From assembly GCF_009914755.1 (NCBI RefSeq), contig NC_060936.1: a DNA stretch of 64,000 nt. The stretch is one strand, 5' to 3'. Origin of the DNA: the human T2T-CHM13v2.0 reference genome, Homo sapiens. Below are positions 56,300 to 64,000 of this stretch, piece by piece. Positions within the stretch are counted from its first letter, which is position 1. The number at the start of each line of letters is the position of its first letter. The translations under genes and the position numbers were made by a program. The notes under the pieces were generated by a model. The model ran no database searches, was not told the origin of the DNA, and worked only from the letters and a program-made list of their open reading frames with translations.

Positions 56300-56692
56300 A
56301 CCTGACTCACGCTGGACCAATCAGTCTCTTCTCTGAGAACCTGGAATCAGGACACAGAAATTCTATTTCATCTTTTTTAGAGACTCAATCTGAGAGGCCT
56401 TGAAAAGCTGGGATGGAGGTGACTTTACACTTACCAATTTAGGGAAAGCCAGTCTTTGAAGAGGGGAGGAAAGAAAGACAACATGGACTAAAAGCAAAGA
56501 GAAGCCACAGTCCATCAAAAGGTGAAAAACAAATCAGTTTGACATTACTATTTGCTGTGTTCAGAAACTAAGATTATATACCCACCCTTGGTTTCTATGA
56601 GATTCTCCTGTTTCCTTCCAATAAAGTCTTCATTTTTGCTTAAACAGTTTTGAAAGCATTTTATTTTCTAACAAGCAAATGATTCCTAAGAC
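56300..56692 (+). mobile_element. Old MaLR LTR (MLT1K/L-like)
   Basis: gctggaccaatcag...ccaataaagtcttcatttttgcttaa...attcctaagaca. Confidence 0.45.
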
Positions 56693-57384
56693 ATTATAAG
56701 CAGAAAGTGATAAATATATGTCTGATAACTAAATGAATCAATGAGTGCCTTTTAATGTATTAGGTCAGCAGGAGGAGTCCCTCTCAGCTCCCAATACCCA
56801 GCAGATCTTCAAACTTTTTACCTGCCATTGAACGAATAACAATTTTTAAAAGAAGAAAAATGGCAGTGCAGTTTCATAGAATCTGGATATAGAAGGAACT
56901 TGGAAGGTATGCAAAAACATTACCTCCTCCAACTGCCACCACTTTAGAGTTCATAATCATCCTATATCATAATAGAGCTCAGGTTTCCTAGCAAACAAGC
57001 CATTTTTTTTTCTCTTCCACCTAATGTGCTTTCTTATACTTTTGACTGAACCACAACCAGGGAAACATCTGTGCTGCGATATTAGCTTTCAGATGAGTAA
57101 AACCAGAGTGGTTCTACAACCTGCAGTTTTTGAAAAAGTAGCAATGAGTGTCAATGATAAGAGTTCAGATCTTAAAGACATTCTATTCTCTTTGTTTTCA
57201 ACCATGATAACACCAGTACCTTCTGATTAAAGGATCAGAGGGCCTCTCAATCTCAGCCTTTCTAAGTGTTTCTCCATCATTTAGAATTACAAATTAGAGT
57301 GGTTTAATGAAGCATTATTGGAGTGAAATAAGCTGCATTGGGGATAAGATTTTGCATAAAAACAAAATTACAGTTATCAAATTA

Positions 57385-58960
57385 AATCCTATGAAACTAC
57401 TAATGACACTCTTCACAGACTTAGAAAAAATGATTTTAAAATTCATATAGAAATAAAAAATGTCTGATATAGCCAAGGCAATCCTAAGCAAAAAGAACAA
57501 AGCTAGAGGTATCACGTTACTGACTTCAAACTATACTACATTGAATACGTGTGGCTACAGTAACTGAAACAGCAGGGTACTGGAACAAAAACAGACACAT
57601 AGACCAGTGAAGCAGAATACAGAGCCCAGAAGTAATGCTGCACACCTATAACCATCTGATCTTAGATAAAATTGACAAAAAAAAACAGGCAATGGCAAAA
57701 GCACTCCCTATTCAATAAATGGTACTGGGATATCTGGCTAACTGTATGCAGAAGTTTGAAACTAGACCCCTTCCTTACACCATAGACAAAAATTGACTCA
57801 AAGTGGATTAAAGACAAATCTAAAACCCAAACTATAAAAACCCTGGAAGATAACCTAGGAAATACCATTCTGGACATAGGACCTGGCAAAGACTTCATGA
57901 TGAAGATGCCAAAAGCAATTGTAACAAAAATCAAAATTGACAAATGGGACCTAATTAAACTAAAGAGCTTCTGCACAGAAATATAAACTATCAGCAAAGT
58001 AAACATCCTAGAGAATGGGAGAAAATATTTGCAAACTATGCATCTGACAAAGGTCTAATATCCAGCATCTATAAAGAACTTACACAAATTATCAGCAAAA
58101 AAACCACAACCCCATTAAAAAGTGGATAAAAGACATGAATGGACACTTTTCGAAAGAAGACATACAGGAGGTCAACGAGCATATGGAAAAATGCTTAACA
58201 TCACTCATGATTAAAGAAATGCAAATGAAAACCACAATGAGATACCATCTCACACCAATCAAAATGGCCATTATTAAAAAGTCAAAAAATAATAGATGCT
58301 GGCAAGATTGTGGTCAAAAGGGAACACTTGTATACTGCTGGCAGGAATGTAAATTAGTTCAGCCATTGTGGAAAGCAGTTTGGCAATTTCTCAAAGAATT
58401 TAACAGAATTGCCATTTGACCCATCAATCCCATTATTGGATATATACCCAAAGGAGTATAAATCGTTCCACCATAAAGACAAATGAATGCATATGTTCAT
58501 TGCAGCACTATTCACAATAGCAAAGACATAGAATCAGCTCAAGTGTTCATCAATGGTAGACTGGATAAAGAAAATGTGATATGCATACACCACGGAATAC
58601 TATGCAGCCATAAAAAAGAATGAAATCATTCACTTTGTTTGTAGCAAAATGGTTGAAGCTTGAGGCCATTACTCCAAGCAAAATAATGCAGGAACAGAAA
58701 ACCAAACACCACATATTCTCACTTACAAGTGGGAGCTAAACACTGAGTAGATATGGACACTAAGAAGGGAACAACTGTTACCAGGGTCTACTCGAGGGTG
58801 GAGGGTAAGAGGAGGATAAGGATCAAAAACTCCTATCAGGTACTATCCTTATTGCCTGGGTGATTAAATGATCTGTACACCAAATCCACATGACACACAA
58901 TCTACATATATAACAAACCTGAATATGCACCCCCTGAACCTAAAAGTATTTTTAAAAAAC
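57385..58960 (+). mobile_element. 5'-truncated L1PA13-16-like element (ORF2 3' part and 3'UTR)
   Basis: gccaaggcaatcctaagcaaaaagaacaaagc; ORF 58135-58419 ([25 protein letters not shown]) is L1 ORF2; ends cccctgaacctaaaa. Confidence 0.94.
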
Positions 58961-59080
58961 ATTTTAAGCCAAAAATATATACATTCTTCATACTTGTTCC
59001 TCATGCAGATCACATCACAATTTCTTTCACAGTCACAAATAAAAATTACTGAAAGGTAAATGCAAAGCAAAAAATAAAGA

Positions 59081-59158
59081 TCTATGATAAAGAATTAACT
59101 CAGTTACATAAAAAATCTATGATAAAGAATGTAACTCAGTTACATAAAGCTCTATGAT
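59081..59158. repeat. 35-bp tandem duplication (about 2.2 copies)
   Basis: tctatgataaagaat(g)taactcagttacataaa starting at 59081 and 59116, partial copy at 59151. Confidence 0.9.
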
Positions 59159-60090
59159 CAATAACTAAAATGCATTGATTATTCATTAGGTTCAGAAAGA
59201 TGCCTGATCCTAACCTAATACTGACATTATCCTTCCACTCACCCAACTCTAAATGGTTGTTTTTGATTTGTTTTGCTTCTTTTTCAAATTGTGATAAATT
59301 AATTGCCTCCATCTCCTAGAAATCCAGATTTATGTTCTCTTTAAATATTTTACCAGTACTTTGGAGGTTAAATTTTTAAGGGCAAATATTTAATGTGGGT
59401 CTCCCCATGCAGACACCTGCTTAGAATGATTTCAAAATAAATGTGCATTTTATAGATTATATATAAATAAAGATAACTATGACTTGCATAATGTAAACAG
59501 TATTAGTATTTGTAAATTCTAGCTATAAAAATATCTTCCTATGTCAAAATAAGGTTCATCTACCTAAAAATGGGTAAACTATGTCTTTGTTGATTTCTTG
59601 CATTTCAACTTAGTGATTTGTTTATTTAACTAATGCTGTTTTATTCAGCAGAGACTTTAGAGATGTCAAACAGGGTATTTTTTTCAAGCTGTTAGTCATA
59701 GAAAAATAAAGAATAAACACAAGCAGGTATTTTCAATCAATTCTCATCTGTTGAATAATTACAACCTTCTGTGAGGAGTTAGCATTAGCATAAGCTTCCC
59801 ATGCACATTCTAAACACTGGACTTTATAACATTACCCCAGAATACTTTTCTTTTCATTATCTATTTCTTTATACTCTGTGTTTTCCCTTTCAAAGGTAAA
59901 AGCTCATAGAAAGAGTAAAATATCTTATATCATAAACATGTCAAACCAAGATTATATTATTTTCCCTACTTAATTCAATAAATAGAGAAAGAGGAAACAT
60001 TGTAGAAACAAAATGGTTCTTAACAACGATTCTTCAACGTTGATTTGACACAAAACAAACATGGGGAAATCCTAGCACTACCGCTTATAA

Positions 60091-60827
<737 letters not shown>

Positions 60828-61088
60828 AATCCTTTTTACATACTACTTCATTTATTCCTCACAACAACCCTAAGGTGTAGGTACTAAAATTTTTGGCATT
60901 GCACACGTGAGGAACTTGACACACAAAAAGTTTAAATGATTCTCCCTAGATCATGTTTCTGGTAAATGGTGGTGCAGAATAAAAACCCAGGCATTCAGGC
61001 GTGAATGAGTCCATGCTCTCAAACACTGAATACCGCCTACTTCATAGGCTTTTGTTAAAAAAAAAAAAAAGAAAAAAAAATTTAAATA

Positions 61089-61772
<684 letters not shown>

Positions 61773-63524
61773 CATATGTTAAACAATCAGCATAGCTTCT
61801 GACCTTTAGTAAGTACCCAGTCCAGGGTAGTTATGGTGGCCACCGTCATGGTTATAGGTTGATAATTATGATAGTTAATCACAATTCTTGTTACTGGATT
61901 ACAAACTAATTTTTATATTTTAATTCGCTTTTATATCCACAATCTCATTTTCTGTCTGCTGAAAAAGAATGGCCCTCTTTGTGATTTTTTAAATTGCTTC
62001 AAGCATGTGTTATTTTTGGCATTCTGTCACAAGCCCTCTACAAATATAATATCAGTTAATGGTCAAAGAATGTGATACATAATTTTTAAGAAAACAAAAA
62101 CTGTAGAGTTTTTTAACAAAGTAATTTGGTACTATAGGCATTTGCTGCCTGATCTAGAATTACATTAGCATGAGAAAACTATCACTATATCTCCTGAGTT
62201 TTTACAATATAAAGATAAACTGAGATTATTTTCATTACAGTCACAACTTTTCAGCATACTACATTAGAAAGAAGAAATAAGGAGAGGAGAAAGAGACAGA
62301 CAGACAGACACACACAGACAGAAGCTGAACAAATTATAAAATACAAATCTCTAAGTTGTATTTTGCAAAAAGGTAGAAAGATTTTTGATGATCTTAAAAT
62401 CACAGCTTTTAATCAAAGATTAAGAATTCCAAATAGTAAGCATTTAGCTGATGGAAAAGCTTGAAGCGTAGGTTACTCCACAAAGAAGCTATTCTGACAC
62501 TGATGAAATTGCATGTCAACCAGAAATGCCTACATTCCAGTAGTATCTCTTTAAATATATGCTCCTGAACATATATTAGAAAGTGGATGCCTAACTTTAA
62601 TCATGTTCAACTGAGAATAGAATGAATTTATCTTCCTTTGTCTGAAAATCATATGGGTGTTGAAAATTGCCAAGCTTCAATATCCAGTCAACATTAAGCA
62701 AAATGAACCAAGGATAGCAATAGCTAGAACCATTACCAAATGCTACCCATAAATTAAAGAAATGTTGTCTCCTTAGCATGTGATTTACTTGGAAAGCTTT
62801 TAGTGCTAATTTCTAATGGATGCCAAAAGTTATTTTATTGAGACGAAGCATTTTAGTGTTGAGTTCAGTTCCAGTACCAATGCTGTTTCCAATAAGCTTT
62901 CAGATGAACACTTCAACATAATTCCTGTTTTGCTACATATTCTGGGGACTCAATTAGAAAGAATGACAACATTCCTGCATTCTCTGGATTTCACTATAAA
63001 GGAATTTGAGAGTCCAGCTTGGGTAAATCAACCAACCCAAAAAGCACTGGAAGCAGGGCTCTTTAAGACTAAACTCTTTCCCCTGATGATAATCGTCAAA
63101 GGAAGTTATCTCATAACTAAGAAAGCTAGCAATACCAATATAATACAGGTTTTATAAATTTCCTAATGGCTTTCTTCATTTTTGTTTCTCCTATGATACA
63201 ATAAGGTCATCTGGGCATGATCCTAGTTAAATATTTCCTTCCCTACTTAAGAACATTTTCCTGGGCATCAGTAATCACCCAAACCCCTCCCCAGCGCCTT
63301 CACATACACTAAACATGTCTCTGCTTCAAGGTACTAAGTGCTAACAAAGTCTATAGGCAGCTCATTTTATTTAAAATAATAAAATTATAAATAATATAAA
63401 AATTTTGTACACTGGATAAAGACTGGAAAAGCCTATAGAAAGATCTGAATTATTGAATGAAAATGATAAGATATATTATGAAAGGTGTTCTGAAAAATTA
63501 TATATATGTACATACACACATACA

Positions 63525-63811
63525 TTTTTCAAGACAAGGTCTTGCTCTGTTGCCCAGACTGGAGTGCAGTGGCAGGATCATAGCTGCTGTAGCCTTGAAC
63601 TCCTAGGCTCAAGCAATCCTCTGGCCTCAGCCTCCCTCTCAAGTAGCTAGAAATACAGGCAAGGGTGCCTACCTAATTTTTAAAAATTTTTTTTGTAGAT
63701 ACGGGTCTTGCTACATTGTTCAGGCTGGTCTTGAACTCTTGGCCTCAAGTGATCCTCCCACCTCAGCCTCCCAAAGTGTTGAGATTACAGGTGTGAGCCA
63801 CTCTACCTGGC
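63525..63811 (-). mobile_element. AluJ
   Basis: gatcatagct..., ctcctaggctcaagcaatcctc, ggcctcaagtgatcctcccacctcagc. Confidence 0.92.
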
Positions 63812-64000
63812 GGAATACATGATTTTTAAAATAATCAGGTTATACCGACATCCAAAGAGTGACAGCTTTTCTGAGAATAAATGGACATACATATTTGCCT
63901 ATGGCACAGTAATGGAGGAAGAGACCACTATTATAAAAGAAAGAAAAAAATAGATGAAATTGTAACAAATTTTCATATGCTGATTGTGGACTAGTCTGTC

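Noticed and set aside
62816-63157. 113-aa ORF
   Set aside because: No recognisable similarity or supporting splice structure.

Overview
AT-rich, repeat-dense primate genomic DNA. AluY-type elements, primate L1PA copies and an LTR12C point to human or another ape. It reads as intronic or intergenic sequence: I recognise no host protein-coding exon, tRNA or rRNA. Nearly all ORFs in the track are chance ORFs or translations of Alu, L1, LTR or Tigger sequence. The window holds about 14 Alu copies or fragments, several L1 remnants (including a twin-primed inverted L1PA), many MIR and L2 relics, solo LTRs (LTR12C, MLT2A, MLT2D, LTR1-family, LTR33, MLT1, and an unassigned 399-bp LTR) and DNA transposons (Tigger2a, a MER82/Tigger17-type element, a Charlie-like relic). 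I did not find evidence for a new biological system. The best leads are: an intact LTR12C promoter facing an inverted Alu pair and candidate minus-strand exons; a short locally templated insertion inside an L1; a CpG-retaining double hairpin outside recognised repeats; and two multi-layer nested transposon stacks. Repeat family names come from remembered consensus sequences, not a database search, and boundaries of old elements are approximate.
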